DNA of 64,000 nucleotides from an uncultured cyanobacterium (GTDB lineage Bacteria; Cyanobacteriota; Cyanobacteriia; PCC-6307; Cyanobiaceae): NCBI GenBank assembly GCA_963697335.1, contig CAVONQ010000001.1, positions 1 to 64,000 of the forward strand, read 5' to 3'. Shown piece by piece: positions 50,558 to 64,000 of this stretch (position 1 is its first letter; each line of letters starts with the position of its first letter). The notes under the pieces were generated by a model. It saw only the letters and a program-made list of their open reading frames with translations, ran no database searches and was not told where the DNA came from. The position numbers and the translations under genes were made by a program.

Positions 50558-51823
50558 CCCCACACCCGACACCGCCCCCTGGCCCAGCGGCCCCTCCGTC
50601 GTGGTGGTGGGAGCAGGCCCGGCGGGCGCCTGCCTGGCCCTGCTGCTGGCCCAGCGCGGTGTGCAGGTGACCCTGGTGGAGGCGGCCTCCAGGCTGGAGC
50701 GCCAGTTCCGCGGCGAAGCCCTGATGCCCCACGGTCTTGAGGCCCTCGAGGCGATGGGGCTGGGAGAGGAGTTGGCCCATTTGCCCCACCGCGCCCTGGC
50801 GGGCTGGCGCTTCTGTCTCGATGGCCAGCCCCTGTTCAGGGTGGCCGAACCTCTGGAGGGGGAGGACCAGCGCGGCTGCACCCTGGTGAGTCAGCCGGCC
50901 CTGCTGGCGGCGGTGATCGCCCGCCTAGGGGCCCTGGGCAACGCCCGCGTGCTGCTGGGGCAGCGGGTGAGCGGCCTGATGTGGCAGGCCGGGCGCATCA
51001 GCGGCGTGCAGCTGGCCGGAGGCGAAGAGCTGCATGCCAGCGTGGTGGTGGCCTGCGACGGGCGCCAGTCGAGCCTGCGCGAGGCCGCCGGGCTGGAGCT
51101 CAGGCGCAGGGCGAGTCCGATCGACGTGCTCTGGTTCGCCCTGCCCGAGACCGGACCTGATCCCCTGGGGGGTGACTTCACCACGATGGTGGGCGCCGAG
51201 GGCATCTTCAGCGCCTTTGTGTCCGCCAGCGGTGGCCTGCAGCTGGGCTGGGTGCTGCAGGCCGGCGCCGCCGAGCCCAGCCTCTCCCCGCGCCAGTGGC
51301 TGGAGCGCATGGCCCGCCAGAGCCCCCCGAGCTGGCCGCCGCACTGCGCTCCCAGCCCGGCGAGCCGGGCGAACCGATGCGGCTGCGGGTGGAGGTGGGC
51401 CTGGCGCAGCGGTGGTGGTGCCCTGGCCTGCTGTTGCTGGGGGATGCCGCCCACCCGATGAGTCCGGTGCGGGCCCAGGGGATCAACCTGGCGCTGCGGG
51501 ATGCCTGGGTGGCCGGCCAGCTGCTGGGGGAGGCCCTGGCCAACGCTCCGGCCCAGGGCAGCGCCCTGACCGAGAGCCTCGACGCGGTTCTGGCCCGGAT
51601 CGAGGCGCTGCGGCAGCCCGAAACCCTTGGCCTCCAGGAGCTGCAGGCCAAGGAGACCGCCCGCGGCCTCTGGCTGCAGCGGCAGGGCGGACTGCGTCGC
51701 CTGCTCAGGGCGGGCTCAGCCTGGTTGGCACCGCCCCTGGCCGGCCACTGGCGGCACAGTCAGCGCCCCCTGCGCCTGGGCATCACCAGCCTGACCAGCC
51801 GGGGCGAAGATCCGCCGCAATGA
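50511..51823 (+). pseudogene. FAD-dependent monooxygenase split by a frameshift at C6 tract 51323-51328 (or a sequencing error)
   Basis: GAGPAG and ACDG lie in the first frame; LLGDAAHPMSP..AQGINLA lies in a second frame. Adding one C joins them as ...QSPPELAAAL... Confidence 0.85.
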
Positions 51824-51854
51824 TGGGTAGGCGTCCAGTGCCATCAGCCCCGCC

Positions 51855-52283
51855 ATGAATCGCCATGCCCCGCTGCTGGTTTCCGCCCTGGCCGTGCTGG
51901 CCTTGACTGCTCTGGGCCAGGGGCCCGTGAGGGCCCGCGACCCTGACTACCCCAGCCAGGAGCTGCTGCGTCAGCTGCAGCTCGACACGATCGCCTGCGG
52001 CCGCGACAACCTGGCCCCCGACTGCGATCAGGCCCGCAGCGCCGCCGATCCCCTGCTCGACCATCCGAGGCTGAGCGGCAACTGCAAGGACTCGCTCTGG
52101 CTGATCAGCCAGGAGGCTGTGGTGGTGCCCCGCAACGACTTCCAAAGGCGCGAGCGGCTGATTGGCGAAGCCACAGACATGATTCGCTTCTGCCGGCAAC
52201 TGAGCCAGCCCCTGCGGGGCTCAAGCCCGACACCGCGGCCCCAGGCCCCGGGAAGGGGATTCGGCCTGGTGCCTGGCTCCTGA
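51855..52283 (+). CDS. Hypothetical secreted Cys-containing protein
   Basis: Signal peptide, four Cys, ADPLLDHPRL. Confidence 0.75.
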   Translation: MNRHAPLLVSALAVLALTALGQGPVRARDPDYPSQELLRQLQLDTIACGRDNLAPDCDQARSAADPLLDHPRLSGNCKDSLWLISQEAVVVPRNDFQRRERLIGEATDMIRFCRQLSQPLRGSSPTPRPQAPGRGFGLVPGS

Positions 52284-52309
52284 GGGGCCACAGCGGCAGC
52301 GGAGCGGGC

Positions 52310-52744
52310 CTAGGGCGCGCCTGCGTCGGCCGGAGCTGGGTTGCTGGCCGCCGAGAGATCCAGCACCCGCTGGGAGGTGCTGTCCATGAAGGGCAGCGTC
52401 CAATTCAGTTGCACCACCGCCTGATCGGCCAGCTGGCAGAGCGAATTGCTCTGGCCGGCCGCCTCACAGCTGGCTGAGAGGCCCAGCAGGGCGTTGGTGA
52501 GCTTGCCCCGCAGGCAGCTCTCAGCGCCGCCACGGCTCAGCACCGCTTCGGCGGCCTTGCGGGTGTGCTGCACGGCCTGGTCGTAGGGCCCGGCCTTGGC
52601 CCCGCCCGCCACGCAGGCGGCCTGCGCCTGAGCCCAGCTGCCCCCAGCCCCCAGGGACGTGAGGCCCAGGGCCGCCACAGCCAGGGTTCGGCCAGCCAGC
52701 AGAGCCAGACGGCCAGCAGCGGCATGGACAGCCATGGAAGCCAT
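52310..52744 (-). CDS. Hypothetical secreted protein
   Basis: Signal-like N-terminus; ESCLRGKLTNALL; start uncertain. Confidence 0.65.
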   Translation of the reverse strand: MASMAVHAAAGRLALLAGRTLAVAALGLTSLGAGGSWAQAQAACVAGGAKAGPYDQAVQHTRKAAEAVLSRGGAESCLRGKLTNALLGLSASCEAAGQSNSLCQLADQAVVQLNWTLPFMDSTSQRVLDLSAASNPAPADAGAP

Positions 52745-52802
52745 CTGCGAGATCAGCATCACCCTAGCCAGAGTGAACAGCGGCACCAGGCGTTGCGGAT
52801 GA

Positions 52803-57822
<5,020 letters not shown>

Positions 57823-57828
57823 GAACCC

Positions 57829-58983
57829 TCAGTTGGCCGCTGCAATACTGACAGGCATGCCATTGCGCAGCAGGGCTGTATTGCTCACCACCACCCGGTC
57901 ACCGGCTGAGATGCCAGACAACACGGGATAGCTGTTGCCCTGCAGTGGGCCCAGCTTGACGGCAGTCTGCACGACCACCGGAGTGGAGGGCGGTAATTTC
58001 TCTAGCCGCTCGCGGGTAGCCTCAGGAATCTGCTTTGAACTGCGGATCTTCGGGAGGATGGTGCTGAGCTGCTCTACGCGGTAAACAAAAGGCTGCTGAG
58101 CCTGCATCGACACTGCCTGCACCGGGACCGCCAACTTGCGGCTGACCTCGGTGATGATCCGGTTCTGCACAAACTGGCCGTTCTTGAGCTGGGCAGTGGA
58201 ATTGGGGAACTCCGCCTTTACCAGCACAGTGTTGGGAGACGTGCTACTGCCGCTCACGCCGAAGTAGGGCGAGATGAACACCACCCGGCCCGTGGCCGTG
58301 ATGGGTGGGTCGCCCTGGGTGCGCAACTGCACCTGCTGGCCCAGGCGGACCCGGGAGGCCTGGATCGCGGGCACATCCATCAGGGTCCAGAGCCGCTGGT
58401 TATCAACAATGCCGGTGATCGCCTGGCCCTTGCGCACATAGTCGCCGAGTTTCACGGAATCAAGGTCACCGATTTCACCGGCGATAGGCGCCCGCACCAC
58501 CTTGTAGCCAAGGTTGGCCGCCTGAACCTTGACCTGGTCGCGACTCTCGATCGCCTGGGTGACATAGAAATCCCGGTCTTTAGTGGACACCGCACCCTGC
58601 TGATTCAGAAAGATGTAGCGCTCAGCATTCACTCGGTCCTTGCGGGCCTCGGCCTGACTGGCATCCAGAGTGGCGGTTTCCTGGGCGTTGTCGAGCACCA
58701 GAATCGGCTGGCCGGCCTGAACCCGCTGGCCCTGGGTGGCCAGGATCCGCACCACCCGTCCCTCGGCCTCGGGCCGCAGGGCCACATCCGTGGTGGACGA
58801 CAGGCGGCTCATCACCTCGATCGAGGGACTGAAGAAGGCCTCCGCGAGCGTGGCCACCTGGACCCGCAGGGGCTCGCGTGATGCCTGTGTTCTGGTGGCA
58901 CATCCGCTACCGATCAGGAGGGCAGCCAGAGGCAGGAGCACCTGTGTGCACCGAACAGCCGCGACCGGAATTGGAAGTGCCAT
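57829..58983 (-). CDS. RND periplasmic adaptor (MFP), copy 1
   Basis: Lipoprotein-like N-terminus, G.V..I...GQRV.AGQ, VRAPIAG; start approximate. Confidence 0.9.
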   Translation of the reverse strand: MALPIPVAAVRCTQVLLPLAALLIGSGCATRTQASREPLRVQVATLAEAFFSPSIEVMSRLSSTTDVALRPEAEGRVVRILATQGQRVQAGQPILVLDNAQETATLDASQAEARKDRVNAERYIFLNQQGAVSTKDRDFYVTQAIESRDQVKVQAANLGYKVVRAPIAGEIGDLDSVKLGDYVRKGQAITGIVDNQRLWTLMDVPAIQASRVRLGQQVQLRTQGDPPITATGRVVFISPYFGVSGSSTSPNTVLVKAEFPNSTAQLKNGQFVQNRIITEVSRKLAVPVQAVSMQAQQPFVYRVEQLSTILPKIRSSKQIPEATRERLEKLPPSTPVVVQTAVKLGPLQGNSYPVLSGISAGDRVVVSNTALLRNGMPVSIAAAN

Positions 58984-59072
58984 CCAGTCGTGGGATGAGA
59001 CGCAGGGCCCAACAGTACCGGCCAGGCCCTGGATTGTCCCGCGCTCAGGCAAGCCAACGTACCAGCCGGGCA

Positions 59073-59318
59073 TCAGGGGCGCAGGCGGGGAGGGCGCCGA
59101 TAGGCCGGATCGGGGTTCGCCGCCTGCAACTGCCGCATCGCCTCGATCGCCAGGCCGCAAAGACCGCCTGCCGCAGCCACCAGACGCCGCAGCCAGCGCA
59201 GTTCGACCGTACCGATCTTCGTGGGGGTGTTGGCCACGATGGACTGGAGGAAGAGGCCGATGCACCAGCCGATCACGATCCCGACCAACAGGGCCAGCAC
59301 CACCTTGCGACCGTTCAT
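59073..59318 (-). CDS. Small membrane protein between the RND pairs
   Basis: Two TM segments; alternative start 59369. Confidence 0.6.
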   Translation of the reverse strand: MNGRKVVLALLVGIVIGWCIGLFLQSIVANTPTKIGTVELRWLRRLVAAAGGLCGLAIEAMRQLQAANPDPAYRRPPRLRP

Positions 59319-59382
59319 CGCTTTTGGGGCTGGCGGCTTCGGCTCCTGAGTGTGGGGTGGGGAGGACATGGAGGTGAAGGGA

Positions 59383-62300
59383 TCAGCTTCCGGCCGACTC
59401 AGGGTCGGGGGTGAGCGCTTCAGGATTGCCGCTGAACAGGGACTTGACCACCACATAGAAGACCGGCACCACCAGGAGCGAGAGCACGGTGGCCACCAGC
59501 AGCCCCCCGAACACCACCGTGCCCAGCGAAGCCTGACTGCGGGCGCCGGCGCCGCTGGCCAGCACCAGGGGCAGAAAGCCAAAGAGAGAAGAGATGGCCG
59601 TCATGATGATGGGCCGCAGGCGTGAGCGGGCCGCCTGTCGGGCGGCCTCGATGGCGGTGGCCCCGGCCGCCATGCGCTGGTTGGCCAGATCCACGATCAG
59701 GATGCCGTTCTTGGCAGCCAAACCGATCAGCATCACCAGCCCAACCTGAGCGTAAATGTTCAGCACCTCACCCCGGATGCCGAGGAAGACCAATGCGCCC
59801 AGCATGGCTGTTGGCACCGTCATCAGGATGATCAGTGGGTCGGCGTAGCTCTCGTACTGGGCGGCCAGCACCATGTACACCACCAAAATGCCGAGGGCGA
59901 AGATCACGACGGCCAGCGCACCGGCCTTCACCTCTTCACGGGCGATGCCCGTCCAGTCGAAGCCCAGGCCCTGGATCGTCTGGGACTCAAAGATCCGCTG
60001 CATGGCATTGATCGCCTGGCCGGAACTGTTCCCCGGGGCAGGTTCTCCCTCGATCTTGATCGAGCGGTAGAGGTTGAAATGGGGAACCACATTAGGGCCT
60101 TCGATCGGCCGTACGCTGAAGAATTCGGAGAGGGGGATCTGTTCGCCGTCGCTGTTGCTCACATAGAGAGCCTTCAAGCGCTCCGGTGTGGCACGGTTGG
60201 CGTCGTCGGCCTGGACAAAGACACGGCGCACCTTGCCTTCCTGGAACGTGTCGTTCACGTAAAGGCCACCGAAGTTGATGCTGAATGAGCGCATCGCCAC
60301 ACCAAAATCCACACCCAGGGAGGCCAGGCGATCCCGGTCCACATCGATCGCCAGCTGGGGGGCCGAAGGGGAAAATTGGGTGCGCACCGGTGGCGTACTG
60401 CTGAACACCGGATCGGTATTGGCCTCACCGATGATCTGTCCGGAGAGGTCGAAGAACTCCGGCAGGTCATAACGGCCGCCACTGCGATCGAGCAGCTGGA
60501 ACTCGAAGCCACCGGACTGGCCATAGCCAGAGATGGCCGGAGGCTCGATCACCACCACCCGGGCCTCCTGAATTTCGGAGGCGAAACGCCGGTTGAGACG
60601 CTGCACGATGGCGTTCACCCCCTGATCGCGCGAAGGCCGATCCTCCCAGTTGCGGGTGCCGAAGAAGAAGAGCCCCTTGTTCGGAGCGTTTCCATCGAAG
60701 CTGGCTCCGCTGAACAGGGACGCCGCCGTGATGTCTTTCTCCTCCCTGAGGATGGCACCCACCTTGTCGTTGATCCGTTGGGTGACCTGAATCGAACCGC
60801 CATCCGGCAACTGAACGATCCCCAGGGCGTAACCCTGATCCTCGATCGGCACGAATCCCCCGGGGATGGAACTGAAGGCCACACCGGTGAGCAGGACGCC
60901 CCCAGCCAGCACCGCCATGACGATGGCCCGGTGGCGAAGCACCCACTCCAGCAGGTCGTGATAGCCACCCTCCAAGCGGCCATAGAAGCTGTTGAACCGC
61001 CGAAAGATCAGGGGCGTGAGCCAGCCGGCAGCTACGCCAAGGGCGGTGAACAGGACCACGGGAATCGGCTGTTCCACGCCGGCCAGCAGCAGCCCGCTGA
61101 TGGCCCCTCCGATCACAGAGGGCAGACGCAGGGGGAGCCCGGTGACCAACTTGGCCACATACCCCACCAAAAGGCCGATCCCCACCGCAAGGAGAGTGCC
61201 GACAACCCCGTTGCCTGCAACAGAGAGCACGCCATACACGAAACCGATCACGCCACCAGCGATGGCATAGGTGCGGCGGGAGGGGGGCTGGCTCTCATTC
61301 GCCAGCAGCAGGGCCGATAGCATCGGCGAAAAGGTGAGCGCATTGAAGGTGGAAATGGCCACGGAGAAGATGATCGTGGCGGCGAACTGCTTGTAGATCG
61401 TTCCCGTAGCACCGGGGAAGAACAGCACCGGAAGAAACACGGCAAACAGCACCACCGAGGTGGCGATCACGGCGCTGAACAGCTCATCCATGGTGCCCAT
61501 GGCGGCCTGCACAGCCGTGCGCCCCTCGGCCTTCTTGCTGGAGGTGTCCTCGATCACCGTGATGGCGTCATCCACCACCAGACCGGTGGCCAGAATCAAC
61601 CCGAACAGGGTGAGCTGGTTGAGGGAGAAACCGAAGGCATTCACCAGGGCGAAGGTACCCACGAGGGCCACGGGAATGGCGATGCCGGGAACCAGAGTGG
61701 CCTTCCAGTCCTGGAGGAACAGAAACAGAATCAGCACCACCAGCATCACGGCATCCCGCAGGGAAGCCAGCACCCCCTGAATGGAAGCATTGATGAAGTC
61801 GGTGCTGTCGTAGATCTTCTCCATCTTCAGGCCCACCGGCATGACGGCCTGAAAGTCATCGAGAACCTTCTTGATGCCTGCCGAGGTCCTCAGGGCATTG
61901 GTGCCACTGAGCTGATAGACCGCCATGCCGATAGAGGGCACCCCGCGGATGTCCGTGGCGTTCAGGGCGTAATTCTCTCCACCCAGGGAGGCCCTGCCCA
62001 CGTCCCGAAGGCGCACAATGCTGCCCTCGGGGGTGTTTCGGATGATGAGGTTGTTGAACTCCTCTTCACTGACCAAACGTCCCTGCAGCTGCACGGTGAA
62101 GGTGAACTGCTGCCCATCCGGGGCAGGCTCCCCACCCACCTGGCCAGCCGGCACCAGGCGATTCTGGCTGCTCAGGGCCGCCACCACATCGTTGGAGGTG
62201 AGACCGAACGCCGTGAGCTTGTCGGGATCGAGCCAGAGGCGGAAGGCAAGCTTGCGTTCCCCGAAATAGGTGAGATCACCCACGCCGGGCACGCGCTTGA

Positions 62301-62811
62301 TGGCATCGGTAAGGTTCTGATCCAGCAGACCGCTTATCGTTTCAGTCGAATAGGAGATCTTGTCAGGATCTTCACTAACAAAGTTATAAACCAAGAGAAT
62401 GTTATTTGAGGCCTTGTTGACGACCACGCCTGACTGCCTCACCTCGTCGGGCAGGGAGGGGGTAGCAAGAGAAACCCTATTTTGAACATTCACCTGATTG
62501 ATATCACCATTTGTGCCACTCGCAAACGACACGGTGATTTCGCTGCGCCCATCCGCCGAACTGCTGGAGGTGATGAACTCCATGTTCTCGACGCCGTTGA
62601 TCTGCTGCTCCAAGACGTTCGTGACCCCCTGCTCCACCGTGATCGCATCGGCCCCGCCATAAAGCGAACTCACGTTCACCGTGGGCGGAGCGATATCTGG
62701 CAGGTTCTCAACCGGGAGCAGGGGGATCGAGATCAACCCCGCAATCACGATGATCAGGCTGCACACCGTAGTGAGCACAGGCCTGACGATGAAGTTATTG
62801 GAAGGAGACAC
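59383..62811 (-). CDS. RND efflux permease (AcrB/HAE1 family), copy 2
   Basis: FIVRPV, GLVVDDAIT, GLAAKNGILI, RLRPIIMT. Confidence 0.96.
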   Translation of the reverse strand: MSPSNNFIVRPVLTTVCSLIIVIAGLISIPLLPVENLPDIAPPTVNVSSLYGGADAITVEQGVTNVLEQQINGVENMEFITSSSSADGRSEITVSFASGTNGDINQVNVQNRVSLATPSLPDEVRQSGVVVNKASNNILLVYNFVSEDPDKISYSTETISGLLDQNLTDAIKRVPGVGDLTYFGERKLAFRLWLDPDKLTAFGLTSNDVVAALSSQNRLVPAGQVGGEPAPDGQQFTFTVQLQGRLVSEEEFNNLIIRNTPEGSIVRLRDVGRASLGGENYALNATDIRGVPSIGMAVYQLSGTNALRTSAGIKKVLDDFQAVMPVGLKMEKIYDSTDFINASIQGVLASLRDAVMLVVLILFLFLQDWKATLVPGIAIPVALVGTFALVNAFGFSLNQLTLFGLILATGLVVDDAITVIEDTSSKKAEGRTAVQAAMGTMDELFSAVIATSVVLFAVFLPVLFFPGATGTIYKQFAATIIFSVAISTFNALTFSPMLSALLLANESQPPSRRTYAIAGGVIGFVYGVLSVAGNGVVGTLLAVGIGLLVGYVAKLVTGLPLRLPSVIGGAISGLLLAGVEQPIPVVLFTALGVAAGWLTPLIFRRFNSFYGRLEGGYHDLLEWVLRHRAIVMAVLAGGVLLTGVAFSSIPGGFVPIEDQGYALGIVQLPDGGSIQVTQRINDKVGAILREEKDITAASLFSGASFDGNAPNKGLFFFGTRNWEDRPSRDQGVNAIVQRLNRRFASEIQEARVVVIEPPAISGYGQSGGFEFQLLDRSGGRYDLPEFFDLSGQIIGEANTDPVFSSTPPVRTQFSPSAPQLAIDVDRDRLASLGVDFGVAMRSFSINFGGLYVNDTFQEGKVRRVFVQADDANRATPERLKALYVSNSDGEQIPLSEFFSVRPIEGPNVVPHFNLYRSIKIEGEPAPGNSSGQAINAMQRIFESQTIQGLGFDWTGIAREEVKAGALAVVIFALGILVVYMVLAAQYESYADPLIILMTVPTAMLGALVFLGIRGEVLNIYAQVGLVMLIGLAAKNGILIVDLANQRMAAGATAIEAARQAARSRLRPIIMTAISSLFGFLPLVLASGAGARSQASLGTVVFGGLLVATVLSLLVVPVFYVVVKSLFSGNPEALTPDPESAGS

Positions 62812-62849
62812 AGGAAAACGATCGACAGGCCGCTAGGGAGCTGTGGCTT

Positions 62850-63959
62850 CTAGTTGAGTTTCACCGGGGTGCCATGGCGCAGGTTGAGCAGGTTGGTGGT
62901 GATCACCTGGCTTCCCGGACTGACACCCTCCAGCACCGCGTAGCGGTTGTTCTGGAGCGAACCAAGCTTCACCGGCGTCTGCAGGGCGTACCGGGTGCCA
63001 GGGGTGGCCTGGCTCAGTTTTTCAAGCTGGGCGATCGGGGCCTTGCCGGGCTGGCGCCGCAGATCCTCGATCGTGCCCAGCCGGAACACGAAACTCTGGC
63101 CCGAGGTCTGGGTCACGGCGGCGAAGGGAACCGCCGGCAGGGTCTGGCGCTCCAGCTCCACGAGGGTCTGGAGTCGCAGGCCGGTGCGCAGGGTGCCGGT
63201 GGGATTGGGCAGCTCCGCCTTCACCAGCAGGCCCTGGCTGGAGGCCGTCACCACCGGATCGATGAAGTCGATCCTGCCCCGCACCAGCGTGCCACTGGCA
63301 TCGGGCCGCCGCACGATCACGGGCTGGCCCACCCTCACCCGGGCCGACTGGACGGCTGGGATGTCGATCCGCATCAGCAGCCGGTCGTTGCGGATCACCT
63401 TGGTGAAGGGGGTGCCGGCCTGCACCACATCCCCCTGCTTCACCTCCAGATCACTCACCACGCCGGCGATCGGAGCCCTCAGGTTGCTGAAGGAAAGATC
63501 GGCCTCGCGGGCCTTGACATCCTCGTTGGCCTGCAGGCAGCGGGCCCGGAAGCTGTCACGCTGAAGCACACTGGCTGCCCCTTTGGCGGCCAGGAAGTCG
63601 AAGCGGCGGAAGTCGATACAGGTATTGTCGCGCGCCTCCCTGCTGGCTGCGAGCTGGGCGCGGGCCTGGGTCTGGTCGAGCTGCAGGATCGGTTGGCCCT
63701 CCTTGACCAGTTGCCCCTCCCGCACAAGCAGGCGGTCGACACGACCGGTGGCGCGGGTGGCCAGGGACACTTCATCGAGGGCCTCCAGGGTGCCGATGGT
63801 GTCCACCGTGTCCTGGAAGGCTGCCGTTTCCACCGGCACAGCAGCAACCCCCACCACCCGCGGCGGCGGCGGCGGCGGCTGGGCGCAGCCCACAAGAACC
63901 AATCCCGTGGAAGAGAGCGCCAGCGCCAAAGCTGCCCGGGCGCTATGCCGTTCCCGCAA
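62850..63959 (-). CDS. RND periplasmic adaptor (MFP), copy 2
   Basis: Lipobox LVGC, GRV..L.VREGQ.V, LRAPIAGVV. Confidence 0.92.
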   Translation of the reverse strand: MRERHSARAALALALSSTGLVLVGCAQPPPPPPRVVGVAAVPVETAAFQDTVDTIGTLEALDEVSLATRATGRVDRLLVREGQLVKEGQPILQLDQTQARAQLAASREARDNTCIDFRRFDFLAAKGAASVLQRDSFRARCLQANEDVKAREADLSFSNLRAPIAGVVSDLEVKQGDVVQAGTPFTKVIRNDRLLMRIDIPAVQSARVRVGQPVIVRRPDASGTLVRGRIDFIDPVVTASSQGLLVKAELPNPTGTLRTGLRLQTLVELERQTLPAVPFAAVTQTSGQSFVFRLGTIEDLRRQPGKAPIAQLEKLSQATPGTRYALQTPVKLGSLQNNRYAVLEGVSPGSQVITTNLLNLRHGTPVKLN

Positions 63960-64000
63960 AAGAAGCCCAAGCCACTACGGGGCAGTCTGGAGGATGGCGG

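Overview
A high-GC (about 70% by spot counts) picocyanobacterial chromosome segment of the Cyanobium/Synechococcus type, judged from psbX, cpcG, cpcS, ycf66, hli and a permuted two-piece tmRNA. From about 10.9 to 64 kb it is mostly core genome: ssrA, THUMP methyltransferase, smc, msrB, tRNA-Leu(GAG), accC, psbX, rpsU, def, mtnA plus a class II aldolase, ftrC-sufBCDS, sufR, cpcS-cpcG, PLD, pgm and two tandem RND/MFP efflux pairs. The first ~10.9 kb, downstream of ssrA, is accessory. Its main feature is a low-GC (about 45%) 5.9-kb two-gene unit that ends in a well-formed integron attC site (5857-5931), so it looks like an unusually large gene cassette. Gene 1 (968 aa) is uncharacterised and carries a Ser/Thr-rich amphipathic beta-hairpin like those of beta-pore-forming or translocon proteins. 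Gene 2 (951 aa) is an animal-PADI-type protein-arginine deiminase with all four catalytic residues, large insertions and a substituted Ca2+ site. This pore-like protein plus citrullinating enzyme pair is the best candidate for an undescribed system (binary toxin or anti-phage module). The rest of the accessory region holds small secreted proteins, two Nif11-type peptides, a P450 fragment and a membrane-anchored P450. Family assignments come from motif recognition by eye, and reference sequences are recalled from memory; no searches were run.
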